A stretch of DNA of 64,000 nt, taken from NCBI GenBank assembly GCA_010093745.1, contig MU005964.1, positions 124,001-188,000 of the forward strand, in the 5' to 3' direction. The notes beneath the pieces were generated by a model, which searched no databases, had not been told where the DNA came from, and saw only the letters and a list, made by a program, of their open reading frames with translations. This DNA is from Piedraia hortae CBS 480.64. Its lineage: Eukaryota. This document shows positions 22,944 to 35,534 of this stretch, piece by piece (the first letter of the stretch is position 1; the number at the start of each line of letters is the position of its first letter). The translations under genes and the position numbers were made by a program.

Positions 22944-22960
22944 CACTTCGCTCCTCAACA

Positions 22961-23325
22961 ATGTCGCTCAGTAGCTACATGAACAGTGAGTCCTTGCCAG
23001 CCTCTTTTTATGGTGCTTACAATGGCAGCGCTGACGCGCTTCTTTTTCTGCAGAAAAAGTATGCATCATCACCGTTGACGGCCGCACACTCGTGGGAACA
23101 CTAGTTGCATGCGATCAAGTCACGAATGTCGTCCTAAACGACACGGTAGAGCGTATAGTCCGTCCGGCAGACGACGAGGAGGAATCATCAGAACAACCGC
23201 ATGGACTCTACCTAGTCAGAGGCGACAATGTAGTCGTTTGCGGCCTCGTGGATGAAGACATTGACACCAAAATCGACTGGACCAAAGTGCGCGGGGAAGC
23301 CATCGGAAGTACGAAGCATGTTTAG
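22961..23325 (+). CDS. LSM8: U6 snRNA-associated Sm-like protein LSm8
   Basis: MSLSSYMN, intron 22986-23053 (GTGAGT...GCTGAC...CAG), then KKVCIITVDGRTLVGTLVACDQVTNVVL...GLYLVRGDNVVVCGLVDEDIDTKIDWTKVRGEAI. Confidence 0.95.
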
Positions 23326-23398
23326 GTAATTGCGTTGGCGTCTCGGAGCGGGCCGTCTATTGTGCTCATAAAGATTGTAATACTGTCAACCCACCAAA

Positions 23399-24464
23399 AT
23401 GCAAATATTCCCCAAATTGAAGTCGGTTGCTCCGAAGCCTAAATGTACATATACCACATCGCGTCTTCCTCCGTTTCCAGACAACCATGAGAAATTTGAA
23501 TCTGAAAGCAATAAAATACCCTTCTCAGCGGTGCATAGGCTGAAATTCGTCCACTGCGTAAGCCTCCTATCCAAATCCCCCCCCCCCAAAAAAAAAAAAA
23601 TAACTGAGATGAAAGCTGGATATCCTCCTCCCGACCAATCCATCCACCCTCTCCCACCTTGAGTCCATCCTCTCCACCAATCCAGTATCTTACGCCCGCA
23701 TCACCATGAAACTCTCCGACATTATATCCGAACCCTTCTTCTCAGCCTACATCAAAAACGGTACTTCCCCCCAACAAACCAAATAAGAAGGTCCTAACCC
23801 TACAGGCAATGTAACTATGTTTAGCCGCGGTAGCGACTCTACCTACTCCTTGCTTAACGGCCTCCTAACCCTCGAAGTTGATAAATCTACCTACCAACGC
23901 CTCGGCCTCGAAGGCGTCCCCATAGGGGGACACATCCCCCTCCGTTACTTCATATCCCTCAACCTGGCCGAAGCGTCAGGTAAACAGCTCGCCCGGATCG
24001 AATACGCGTTTAATAACGTACTCACTGATTCCGTCTCTTGGGTTTTCTATAACTCTTCACGGGAGTCGGGTGGGGTGGATGGACCGATTCAGGCATTTGT
24101 ACCGCGAAGCACTAATCTCCTTCCCGAGAGGAGTGATTTGGGCGAAGTCCACCTCCCAATTTCCGAAGAGCCAGGGGAGGTTTTGGAGCAGATACATCTC
24201 CTTTTCGCGGGGTCGAGGGCTGTCAAGGTGGGCAAAGAAATCGATCCTTACCTCTGTCGATACCGGGCTCAGGGGGAAGTAAGGATGCTAACGCGGTTGA
24301 GGTGGGTTGGTTTTTTCACGGGGGAATTTTTGGGGTTTGTGATGAGGACGCTTGTCGGGGTGGAGAGGGAGTTTTGGGCGGTTGGGACGGTGGGGTTTGA
24401 AGGGGAAGGGGTTACGGTATTGGGGAGGGGGAGGGAGGTGGGGTGTTGGGTTTGGGGGGAGTAA
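23399..24464 (+). CDS. RPP40: Ribonuclease P/MRP subunit p40-like protein
   Basis: Exons 23399-23557, 23616-23760 and 23806-24464 splice in frame. FFSAYIKNGNVTMFS, LLTLEVDKSTYQRLGLEG, IDPYLCRY and LRWVGF resemble the Rpp40 family. Confidence 0.75.
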
Positions 24465-26530
24465 GATGTAGATGAGAAATGTTCAAAAAAGTGGAGACTA
24501 CAATTCGGGCACACTTCCTTTCATTGTGGTAAACTGCGGTAGGAGGGACTTAGTTTGCCTATGTGAAGGTGGTCTCGAGTACCCGTCTGCATTCTTCACT
24601 CTTTCGTTTGGATGAGTCGTGGCCGTTCCATATTGATCAAGCTACGTCACGGCGGGGCCGAGAGGGTATAAATTTCAGAAATCATATAAGTAATTCTGGT
24701 CTCATATTGGAAACTAACACAATTTTTACATACCAGCCAGCTTGCCTGTATATACGGCGCCGATTCCCCATTGTGCAGCGAGCCACAATCGATTGGAGAG
24801 ACCCAAAGGGGAAGGATTAGAGAGACACGGTCATCCCATTCATAGCCATTACCTTTTCCCTCCTTACCTTCATGAACCTGACGTCCGGAAAACCACTCAC
24901 CATAACCCCCGACAAGTCCCCTTGGAATAATGTGGCGTTCGTCAACGCATGCTGACTATCAAGGTATGTGCGTTTGGTCCCATGTCAAGACACAGTACCT
25001 TCGTGCGGAAGTATCATGGAGGTGTTGTACAGGCGACCCAGGCAGGTGCAGCCCGCTCCTCATTAACTATACGGAATGTGTATGGCTAGCGTCCATATGG
25101 TAGGATCTGAACCGTCGGGAGTCCAGGTAAGTGCATCTCCCATATCAAAGGGGTGTTCTTTTATATGAGTGTGTGCAATCCCGCCGAAATACGAAGAGAG
25201 CAAAGAGCAGTCCTGCAAGTATGTCCAGGGCAGGGCACGCATCCCGAACCGGGACTTTGGGTAAGTCTGCCTTATTATAACTCGCTCTTGCTCCACCACT
25301 GTGGTCACAACGTGTGTGAGGAGTTCGTTTCCGTGGATGGTTATGATGTCACAGTCGTATATTATTCTCCTTCGCCTCGTAAGACTGATATCTGGATGTT
25401 TGTTTTACGATAGTTCCCTTTCAAACGTCCCCTTGAAGAGATTTGTACGTCTGGTGCTAATATGGCAGGACTTTGACTATGTTGATGCATTTGCAATCAC
25501 CGATCAACGACACAACTTCAACGGAAAACCCGTGGCGGCGTCCATGCGGAAGGGAGATGTGTTTGAGTGAGTTATCACAACCCCGGAGAAGAGAACTGGA
25601 GACCAGGACCCATAAGTAGACGTGCACGTCAACGACAGGCGCGCAAATGTGTACGTAGTATCGCCTCTGGATGAGATTGACATGCAGCGAAGGTTGAAAA
25701 TTGCTGTTCCAAAGCTGTGGTTACGACGTCGTCCCGCGGCGGCCAAGGGGGTTGTCTCTCTTAGAAGGTTTCATATTGAACCTCCCCCTCTTTCTCATGT
25801 ATTTGACATCTGGTGGTTGAGTTGACAACAACTCCTCCACTTATCCCCTTGAAAAGCTCGTCCGTATGGAAGGACTTCAATTCTATACAATATTGTTGTG
25901 GCATTTGCTGGGTATCCAGTCCCTCGTCAAGTGACACGACTCCATCGGGAAATTTGTATCCGGCGCATATACGACAGGAGCGAAAGCATCGATGCACGTG
26001 GTGGCAGTCCAGATAAGCGTCACCAGGACTTGAAATTGACACCATAAGCAGACAGGCCAGGTGATCAAAGTTAGTTACACAGGTGACCCCACAGCACACT
26101 TCCAAGCCGGATGATCTTGAGAGACTGTTTCAACGACCTTCAATCTCAACGACGTTGTTGCGAGCTCCATGGCGTTTGTTGCCTTGTGCTTGGGTATGTT
26201 TTCCGGTAAGTCTGCAATTTCGTGATGTGGCTGATTACTGTGCTCTTTGATATATCTTGTGTGCATGATATGAAGTGTTAAGGGTGGTTCGTGGATGGAG
26301 CAGGTCATACATACCCCTTTGGAGTTTGGTCTGGAATCGATGAGTGTATTCACCTGGATTACGCCCAAACTTTGAAATACAGACAAACTTTTTTTTCCTT
26401 GTTCGATGGTTTGCATTTTTGAGAATGTCGTGCAGACCTGGTCACACACGACTCATGCGTGCAAGTAAATGAACAAATTACGTCGAGCAAACCTGCTATC
26501 ATATATCAATTGTCTTCTGTCTTTCAAGAG

Positions 26531-26536
26531 TATATA
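26531..26536 (+). promoter_or_regulatory. TATA-like element at about -30 of the 5S rRNA gene
   Basis: TATATA lies 25-30 nt upstream of the 5S start, the position known for dispersed filamentous-ascomycete 5S genes. Confidence 0.55.
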
Positions 26537-26560
26537 CCCAACTCACCCCCCTATTATGTT

Positions 26561-26679
26561 ACTTACGGCCATGGGTTGCAGAGAACAGAGGATCCCGTCC
26601 GCTCTCCTGAACTTAAGCTTCAAACTGGCGAGTTAGTACCACGTTGGGTGACCACGTGGGAATCCCCGCTGCTGTAAGT
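26561..26679 (+). rRNA. 5S rRNA gene (dispersed copy)
   Basis: 119 nt. Helix I ACTTACGGC/GCTGTAAGT; conserved TCCCGTCCGCTC, CTTAAGC, TTAGTA, GGGTGACCAC and GAATCC; followed by a T-run. Confidence 0.95.
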
Positions 26680-26688
26680 TTTTCTTTT
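26679..26688 (+). terminator. Pol III oligo-T terminator of the 5S gene
   Basis: TTTTTCTTTT directly follows helix I. Confidence 0.75.
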
Positions 26689-28254
26689 AGCAGAACAAAT
26701 ATATATCCTTTACAAGGTTTGCTCTTAACTAGTGCAATTGAGCTTTTAGGTACAGGTTGCTTGAGACTGAGAAAATTTTGCCCCGCAAGCGATGTTGTTG
26801 TGCCGTGAGCTTTGTGTGGGGTGTTTGTTGTTTGCTGGGGAAATCTCCAGCAGATACGCTTGTTTAGGCTGAGGGCGACTCCCGGTTGAACATAATTTCA
26901 GATCTGCAAAGTTAAATTTTAGCATCTCTCACACATAGGTATACCAAAAGAACCATACCACCGATATTTCTCTCCCCCCTGAAGACGGTTTGGGTCGACC
27001 ACTGTATGCACGAGGGATATCTCAACCTCGTAGAAATATTTCCATCGTGATGAGAACGTGGAAAGTTGTCACGGGGAAAGATAATAAAGTGAGTGGTACA
27101 GTGCTGCGTGTACGAAGAGGAGGATGGGGTATTGGAACCTACATAGCAGATATTATCGTAAAATAAGACAAGCCATCGGTCCACTTGAGGAGGTGGGTTG
27201 CTCTGATGTAGGATTTAGGTTAAATTGTTTTGCGGGGAAAGTATATTCTGGCTCAAATCGTCCGACAGCACTGTCCCTTAGAGGCAGCATTGCTTGTCCC
27301 ATGGAGCATTGCTTGCCTGGGCGCAGTAGCTCTGTCGGGGCTAGGCGCCCTTTGTGAGAGTCTGTAGTTTATAGGCCTGGCGGCACCCCACGAGGGAGAC
27401 TATCACTTTATGCTTGTTGGTCGTGACGTTATCTCTCTGTGCCATTCTTTCGTTAGGTGCACTGGTGTGTTCACAACCTGATAGTAGACCGTTTCCCAGG
27501 GTCATAGACAAGTTCAGAGTGCAGACGTGCATTTGATCGAACATGTAAAGCGGCGTGCAATTCACATCCTACAAACCAACAAGTTGAAGTTGACACACAA
27601 GTACTCTTACTTTCACCATAGTCACGGGTAGTTCATAGGTTTATCTGAGTAGTGCACTCTTTCCATCCCACCGATCTTTTTCGAAAGCTGGACGGACAGC
27701 AAGCTGATTTTGACGGTGTTAACACAGCTGGAGTCTTCCCCCTGTCTGCGGCTAGTGGATGGGTCATCTGAGTCTTTAAAAGTTCAGAGTGCGTCATTCC
27801 ATCCCACTTGATTGAACGGATAAATGAAAGTCCAACATCTTAGCCAAAGGTAAAATGGACTCAACGGGATGAACACATATACGTCCTCACCCAACTTCGG
27901 GGCTACAGTCAACCCTGGATATAGTGGACACTACCCCGGATTCCTCATCATAGCGAATCTTTTAACACCCCCAGATTTATCCCCACTCACCTGTACAAAC
28001 ATGAATACAGCGGATCCTTGACATAACGGACTTAATTCTCGCACCAAACTGATCCGCTATAGCTGGGTTTGATTGAGCTGGGTAGAGTCATACAAACTCT
28101 TGAAGTTCAAAGCGCCACTTTCACTCCCATATGAATGAACAACTTTAACGACATCTTACACAATCATATAGATACATAACACGCCCAACCCAAACAACAC
28201 CTCCACAAACCATTCACCCATATTCCACAAACCCTCCCCCCCTATCCCCACCCC

Positions 28255-31200
28255 TCAACCCCGTCTCATAACCCCCCTCACAACCCCCTCCAACGGCCCC
28301 AAAACCTCCATACTCCCCATCCAGTGATCGCCGGCAACCGCAACTGCATCGGCAAGTAACGGAAAAATGTACTTCCTCACCAGCGCCCCCGCAGGGCTGT
28401 CCGCAGGGAGGTCCGCGGAGGTATGTGTATCACCAACCAACCTCCCCACAACCCCCAACCCAAACCTCAACTCCTCCAACTCCGATAGCGGAATTGGTTT
28501 CTTCCCTCTTAACGGCTGATCAGCTATATACGCCTTTAGCGGGATCGCTAACCGAAGAGTAAGGTATGGTGCCGTAGACTCCGACAGCGCAGAGTCAGCA
28601 GAGGAGAGACGGATCAGTTCGTGGAAGCAGACGTATGCTAGCTTCTCGCGGTGGGTTACGTTAGGGGGGGAAATGCGGCCGCAACGTGGGGTAAGGATTT
28701 CGGATAGGGGGGATGACAAGAGGGTGGGTTCCTTGAGGTGGATTAGGGAGGCGAGGTAGATTGCGCGGGAGTAGGCTTCTTGAGAGGTGGAGAGGTGGGG
28801 GATCAAAATGTCCCGGAGTTTGGTAAAGCTTTCGATATCTTTGAGTTGGTCGGTGTGTGTGGTTTGGGTTAGGTTCACGTTGAGGATGCCGGAGATGATC
28901 CCTACGTATTCGGCGCTGAGAGGGGCAGTGTCGGAGACGGTGGGGAAGATGATTTGCGCGAGGAACTCGGATGTGGTGATTGCTTCGCGACGGAGGGCTT
29001 GGGATTTGGTGTTTTGGTCTAGGGTCAAGGTTTTTAGGCTTTGGATGCCTGTGATGAGTGCGCTTCGGGGGTTGCCACCTGTAGGGGTGAGGATCTCTTC
29101 GTTGTTGATGTGGGTTTCGACCAGTGATTTAAGCCACTGTAGTCCTAGCCTTGATAGGGCGACGAATGTTGGCCCTCGTGGAGAGTTTTTGGACAAAGTA
29201 TCGTGGTGTAAAGTGACGAGTTTGGCTGCGATGATGATCAAATGTGAGCAGAGACCGGGCAAGTCTGTGCGAATGGATTTAAGCAATTCCAAGGCCTTGC
29301 TTTGGAGAGGACTGGGAGATTTGACATCTACGCCGTTGAGTGGACCGTCAGAGTCCCACAGACAGAAGTACAGATTGTCCATGAATGCAATCGCCTGTTC
29401 CAACGTCATGGACTGCTTGGTCAGCCGATAAAGCTGCGCCCCAGTCTCAACGTAAACGAGGTAAGTCTGTTGATTGTCACCTCTGCCGGAAGCATGTTTT
29501 GGGACCCCTTTGAGCCAGAGTGACACCGTACTCGACGCTGGCTGCTTCCAGATGGTCGACTCATCACCAATCTGCGAGAGCAACTTGGCCAGAGAGTCGT
29601 AAACAGCTGCACTGATAGCATAGCTCTCACACGAGATATACGTCTCCATTGGCTCAAGAAGTGCCTTCCACAGCTGAGCAAGATGGTCATTCTGTTCTAT
29701 CGCTCCAAGATGCTGCGCCATGATGCCAAAGATGCCGGAGATAATCACCATAGACGTTTCTTCGTCCGCATCAGGATACGACTCCGCATCATCTGCCGCA
29801 ATCCGTATCAAAACATGACGAAGCAAAAACTCCCAGGCTTCAGATGTGAACTGGTCACCATGGGTGCGGAAGATGCTGCATATGGTGTGGAAGACAGCGT
29901 TGCGCACTTCCTTTTGCGTCCCTTCAATTGCCTCCTGCATGCGGGCCAGGATCAAAAATAACTGCGCCGGTCGACTGGTAGCTGCTAGTAGTTCCACCTT
30001 TCCCACCTTATTCTTCGCACTTTTCACAGAAACAACGACTTCCTCAATGTCCTCCTTTGAACTGCTCTCTAGCAAAAAATCTGCAACGTTCCACGCCATG
30101 GTGACGGTTGTCAGCGCAGCATTCACCGCATCAGTCTGCTTCATAAACCGATACAGCAGTTCCACAACACCTGGCATGGCTGAAGTAGGCAAAGATGCCA
30201 AGAAATCGGAACACACGAGCTGTAAGCCAGCAAAAGCAATCCGTCCGACGCCTGGAGAGATGATATCGCTAGTGATGACATGCCAGTTAGTCTCCCAAAT
30301 ACTCCCCGTCTGCTCAAAAGCACTACTCAACACAGAAACAACTTTGTCCCAACCAGCAATCAAACTCTCACCACAACTTTCCAGTATCAACGCCTTTAGC
30401 GCCTCTAGGACCTGCGCATGAATACTGAGATCCTCATTTGTAGGTCTCTCCTCTTCGGAATACAAGTCCCCAATCAACTGCAGCAGTACAGCCATGGAGC
30501 GAGGCTGAACAGTACTTCGAATCTCTTCATCATCCTCTGAAACTTCTAGTATTGCCTCTGATGCAACCTTGCACAACACAGTTGTAGCCACCTGTCGGGC
30601 TTCCTGCGGTCGAGACTCTTCTTTTACAACGCTCAAAAGCTCTTTGACCAGGTAATCCCATCCGCTTTCCGCAGGATCACTACCAGTCAAGCGGGCCATA
30701 TTCAGCTGGGCCAACCTCCCCAGCCTTGGCAGCGCAAATTTATAATCTCGCAGCTGCACCTCAGCCAAGGCAGCTGAGCCGGGGAGCCCGGACAGAGTTC
30801 GGCCTTTATGCCTTGGAGTTGACGGTGCAGAACCGGCCACGCTTCCCTCTTCCATAACCCTTCCGTTGATAATCCGCACGAAGGCTTTCAGCATGTATAA
30901 TAACGCTTCATTGGGATAGCCGCTTGTGCTTTCAAAAAGCCTGGACGCGGCGGCCTCGACAGCGCCAACTTCAGTACTGAATGCACGCACAGATGCGGCA
31001 GAGTCGAAGCCCTTGATGGAGCTGGAGCTCACCGGTCTCGTCCCCGAGTGGCTCAGTAACATGTCTGCCTGTCTCAAGACATCGACAACCATGTCGACAG
31101 CCCTTCCAAGGGTAGGACCAAGTGCGATGGCTAGATTGAGTAGAGCTCGTAAACACAGTAGATTTCGAGTCGTCAATATCGGCCTGATCAACTCGGAAGA

Positions 31201-33086
31201 GTTGAGATTCGGTGATATAGGACTAACGAGATTGTCCATGCTGAGCAAGCTTTTTGGACTGGAGAAGTTACGTCCATCAGCTATGGGCGTCTTGCTACAA
31301 TCGCCTGTTGCTGCATTGAAAACATGTGGTGGAACAGCGGATTTGCTTAACGTCGTCATTAACGCATCACGAGGCGTCGTCAAGCGCAGCAGGCCAGCTA
31401 CCTGGGCAAACCGTTGGAAAGATTTTATTAGGTTCCGGTAGTATTGCTCTTCCAGGGCTGCATTGAGAAACGTGGATGAGGTTGCAAGTACGGCAGGCCA
31501 ACAGCATTCTACCAATGCTGCTACGCTACGTGCCCGGGTTAGTGCGGGACTTTCCTCTGCTTCCAAAGGGTTCAGCGGTATCGCTCCCTTACTGAATTCT
31601 GGGCGACCGTCCGAGTTACTCCCACCATGCTGGACGGCTAGCGGTAAGATTACCTTTGCAAGGCTGTCGGACAAATGATTCAAGCACTCTAGAACCAGCG
31701 TGTAGACATATGTCATTGGAAACGCCGGTGGATCCTTCTTGTCAAGCTGGTCAAGACCAGCTGTCCTCGGTAGGCTCCATTGTGGACTGATTCCGGGAAT
31801 GTTAGTCTCTGTAGGACCGAGACCGGAGCCTATGACACCGGCTACTCCTCCGGCAGCTTCCATGACAGCTTGGTCCGAGCTGGTGTCTTCTTGGGGCCCT
31901 ATAGGCGCACTTGACTGTTGACTCAGACCAATCACCGAAGGTTTTTCAGCAGACAGACGCACAAAGGAGGCCATCAAATGCTGGATGACTCCCTTTCCCT
32001 TTTGCGTCTCATCGAAAGCTGCGAATGCATCGACTACGAGGCTCCCAGTAGCGAAAAAATTGCGAATGACCTCCATAGCAAGGACTCTCTTCCAAGACAG
32101 AGGATCCGTGTCTGATATTTGGGTCAGCAAGCCGAGTATAGGCTCGCATTCCTTGGTGAGATGTGAAAAGTGACGTGTGATGATGCAGTCGGTCACTCTC
32201 ACACATCTTACTGTGATGGGATAGCTGAAGTTTTCCGACAACACACGTGTTACTAGTGGTAGCAAGTCAGTCCGGATGATTGCTGTAAGCTCTTGATGCG
32301 ATGCGAACAGCTTCGAGCTGCCTTGCAGACAAGAAGTGATCAATTCCAAGCTAGCTTCCGGAGAGAGGCTCGATAGATGGACCGATTTGGACCGCATGCC
32401 TTCGGCGTTCCATACCAGATCGCGGAATACATTGTATGCATCATGGGCTGCTGGTCGAGAACTTTGCGCTTGCTCATCTTCAGCAGGGACAGGAGGACCA
32501 TTTGATTTACGATCCTCAGCAGCCACTCTCTCAAAGACGACAGCAACCAACTGTTGCAATGTAGCAGCAGCAACACCACTGACAGTTTGCGTCTTTGAAT
32601 TCTGCAGAGTTGCACATAGTTGAAGTGCACTCGCCAAGAGTTCCGCCCTCAACTCATCGGCATAATTCTGCACCAAAGAAGGCAAAGCCTGCAAAGCTTT
32701 CAACTGAAGCTCAACGCCAAGCTCCGCACAGATATTAAATGCATCAAGGGCTTCTTTGAGCCTACTTCTCGGTAGTGCACGAGAGGCAGCAAGTTTCTGC
32801 AGACACGAAGCCCCGCTGTTGGTGAGTTTGACGTTCCTTGTTCCGCATGCAAGCAGAAATGGATCGATAAACGCAGGACGTCGACTCAAATCTTTGGCAA
32901 TGTCAAATCGTCGAATCCTTACATTTATTGCAATCACCTACCAGCAGCGACTTGCTGTTCCGAGGTCGAAGGTAGACACGTAAGCTCTTGCAGAGATCTC
33001 TCAGCCGCACTTTTCAGTTCGGGATTCCTACGTTTAGATTCGGATACGAGGGTATTTAGCTCGTTTGTGAGTAACGCCGAGCTCAT
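28255..33086 (-). CDS. MON2: Mon2/Ysl2 endosomal ARF-GEF-like protein
   Basis: Exon 1 (33086-32942) reads MSSALLTNELNTLVSESKRRNPELKSAAE. Intron 32941-32892. Then FIDPFLLACGTRNVKL, LQLKALQALP, WKRVLAMEV, RNLLCLRALLNLA and LKAYIADQPLRG. Confidence 0.93.
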
Positions 33087-33379
33087 ATTTGATCATCATT
33101 GTCCCAGGTAACAAATTATTGACGTTGTGACAACGTTGCACATGTCAAGGTTCGGGCCGTGCCGAACACAACAGCCGGACTTTGGCTGCTGACACCAAGG
33201 CTATCTGAACCTGTAGCACGGCTTCCATAGATTCGGTATTCGAGATAGAACACCAGTAGCAGAATCGCCCAGAGGTGAAGAGTGTCTTATCGGTCACGTG
33301 AATGTACACAGTGAATAACGTGACCCAAACTTCCTAAACTGGTGTTCTCCTGACTCACCCGCAGCCAATTGATCCTTTT

Positions 33380-35293
33380 ATGACAGATTTGGAGTACATG
33401 TCAGACGCCGGGAGACAGCCAGAGCCGGTTGTTGACAGGAATGAGGACAGAGTCAAAGAGAACGAAGGCGTTGGAGTCGCCACGGGGCCAAGGATGGAGA
33501 ATGTCGAGACCGCGGCGACCTCGAAGAAGGCAGAGATGAAGGAACATCCGCCGCCACCGACACCTCCTCCAAAGGACAAACAGCCCTCGAAAACCGACAT
33601 GAGCACCCTAGCCCCTCAGCCATTAGACGGTTATGCCAGTGACCTCTCAGCCGCACTGCCAGCTACCGAGCCCGCGGGAACAGAGATCCAGACCATAATG
33701 GAGCAATTCAAAGACGAAGACAACGAGCAAAAACAGACCCATGAGAGCGAAAAACCCACCTTTCAACTCCCACCAAGAACATCAAGCCTAGAGGCAAAAG
33801 GCTCACCCCTCCGCAGTCCCCAACACCCAACCTCAACCGACGGCCTCAAAGCCGCCGAGATCTTCCAACCCCCACCCCCGGAACCGGAGCCAAGCCAACC
33901 CTTCGACTTTCACCGCTTTTTAGAACAACTTCGCCACCGCACCGCCGACCCCGTAGCCCGCTTCCTCCGCTCCTTCCTAACAGAATTCGGCAAAAAACAA
34001 TGGATGGTACACGAACAAGTCAAAATCATTTCCGATTTCCTCGAATTCATCACCAAAAAAATGTCCCAATGCGAAGTCTGGCGCAATCTCTCCGACTCCG
34101 AATTCGACAATGCCAAAGAAGGGATGGAAAAACTCGTAATGAACAGATTATACTCCCAAACCTTTTCTCCCATAATCCCCCCTCCAGGAAGCAGTCCCCG
34201 TAAGGGGGGGAAATCTCGCTCTCAGGCAGACTTTGCTAGTCCCCACGGACCAGGAAGACGGGGTCAACACCAAGAAGATGTCGAGCGGGACGAGGTCCTC
34301 GCACAGAAAATGGGGATTTACGGGTGGATTGAGGAAGAACATCTCGATATCAGACCCATTGGGGAGAAGGGGAAGAGATTTCTGAGTCTTGCGCAGAAAG
34401 AGCTCTTGAAGATAAACACGTACCGCGCGCCAAGGGACAAAGTTATTTGCGTGTTGAACTGCTGCAAGGTAATTTTTGGGTTTTTGAAAAACGCGCAGGT
34501 GGATCAGTCGGCTGATTCGTTTGTGCCGTTGTTGATTTATACGGTGCTGAGCGCGAGGCCGGAACATCTGGTCAGTAATGTGCAGTATATCTGGAGGTTC
34601 AGGAATCAGGAGAAGTTGAATGGGGAGGCGGGGTATTATATGTCTTCGTTATCGGGCGCAGTGACCTTTATTGAGAACCTGGACAGGACGAATCTTACGA
34701 TTTCGAAGGAGGAGTTTGAGAGGAATGTGGAACGGGCGGTTAGTGCGATTGCGGAGGGGAATAGGAGGGAGGAGTTCGAGGAAAAGTTGCATGGGAATAA
34801 AGCGATGCAGCATTTGAGTGAGAAGAGTTCGCTTAGTAGAGCGGAGGTCACGCCGAGGAATTGTGTGGATGCGGAAAAGGCTAGTCCCAGACGGAGTGCG
34901 AGCGAAAGGTTGGGCAAGGAGTCGAAACAGATGAGTCCGGGGGAGGATTCGGAGGACTCGGAGGGTGTGTCTGGTTTGTTGCACACGATTCAGAAGCCGC
35001 TGAGCAGCATTGGGAGGATACTGTTTGATGATCACCATCCGCAGCAGCAGTTGTATCCTGGGAACAGTAATAAGTCTCGACAAAGTCCTGCGAGACAAGC
35101 AACGCCAAGAGAGCATAATGCTGTTGTAGAGTAAGTCTATCTCCGGCTAGTGTAATCATAGCTAATTGATTGCAGGACATTACAAAGCATGTTCCCCAAC
35201 CTGGACAGAGAGGTTCTTGAAGATGTCAGCAGAGCTCAAGAGGGCAATGTGGGCCGCGCTGTGGACGCCTGTCTGGCTCTGTCTGGCTCTTGA
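33380..35293 (+). CDS. VPS9: Rab5 GEF with VPS9 and CUE domains
   Basis: FDFHRFLEQLRHRTADP, EGMEKLVMNRLY, YRAPRDKVICVLNCCKVI, SADSFVPLLIY and GEAGYY. After an intron (~35131-35175) the CUE domain reads LQSMFPNLDREV...AVDACLALS. Confidence 0.95.
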
Positions 35294-35534
35294 ACCTACA
35301 GCGATATTAAACCCTTTCTAGTCAGACCGTTCCTCTGCCTCGTCATGGACTTTGACATCCAATTGGGTGTCTTCTCGAGACATCTGACGGCCTGCTGGAC
35401 CGAGTGTGGCGTTGGCAGTTGCCAAGAAGTGTGTGTATTTTAGCGCGTAGCTTGGCATGCCAAGAGCCAGACTGGCTATTGGAATGGCTCTAATTTGTGG
35501 CCGGGCGAAGAGGGTTAACGAGGTATACATCTCT

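Noticed and set aside
26459..26677. 72-aa ORF over the 5S gene
   Set aside because: Incidental reading frame across an rRNA gene.
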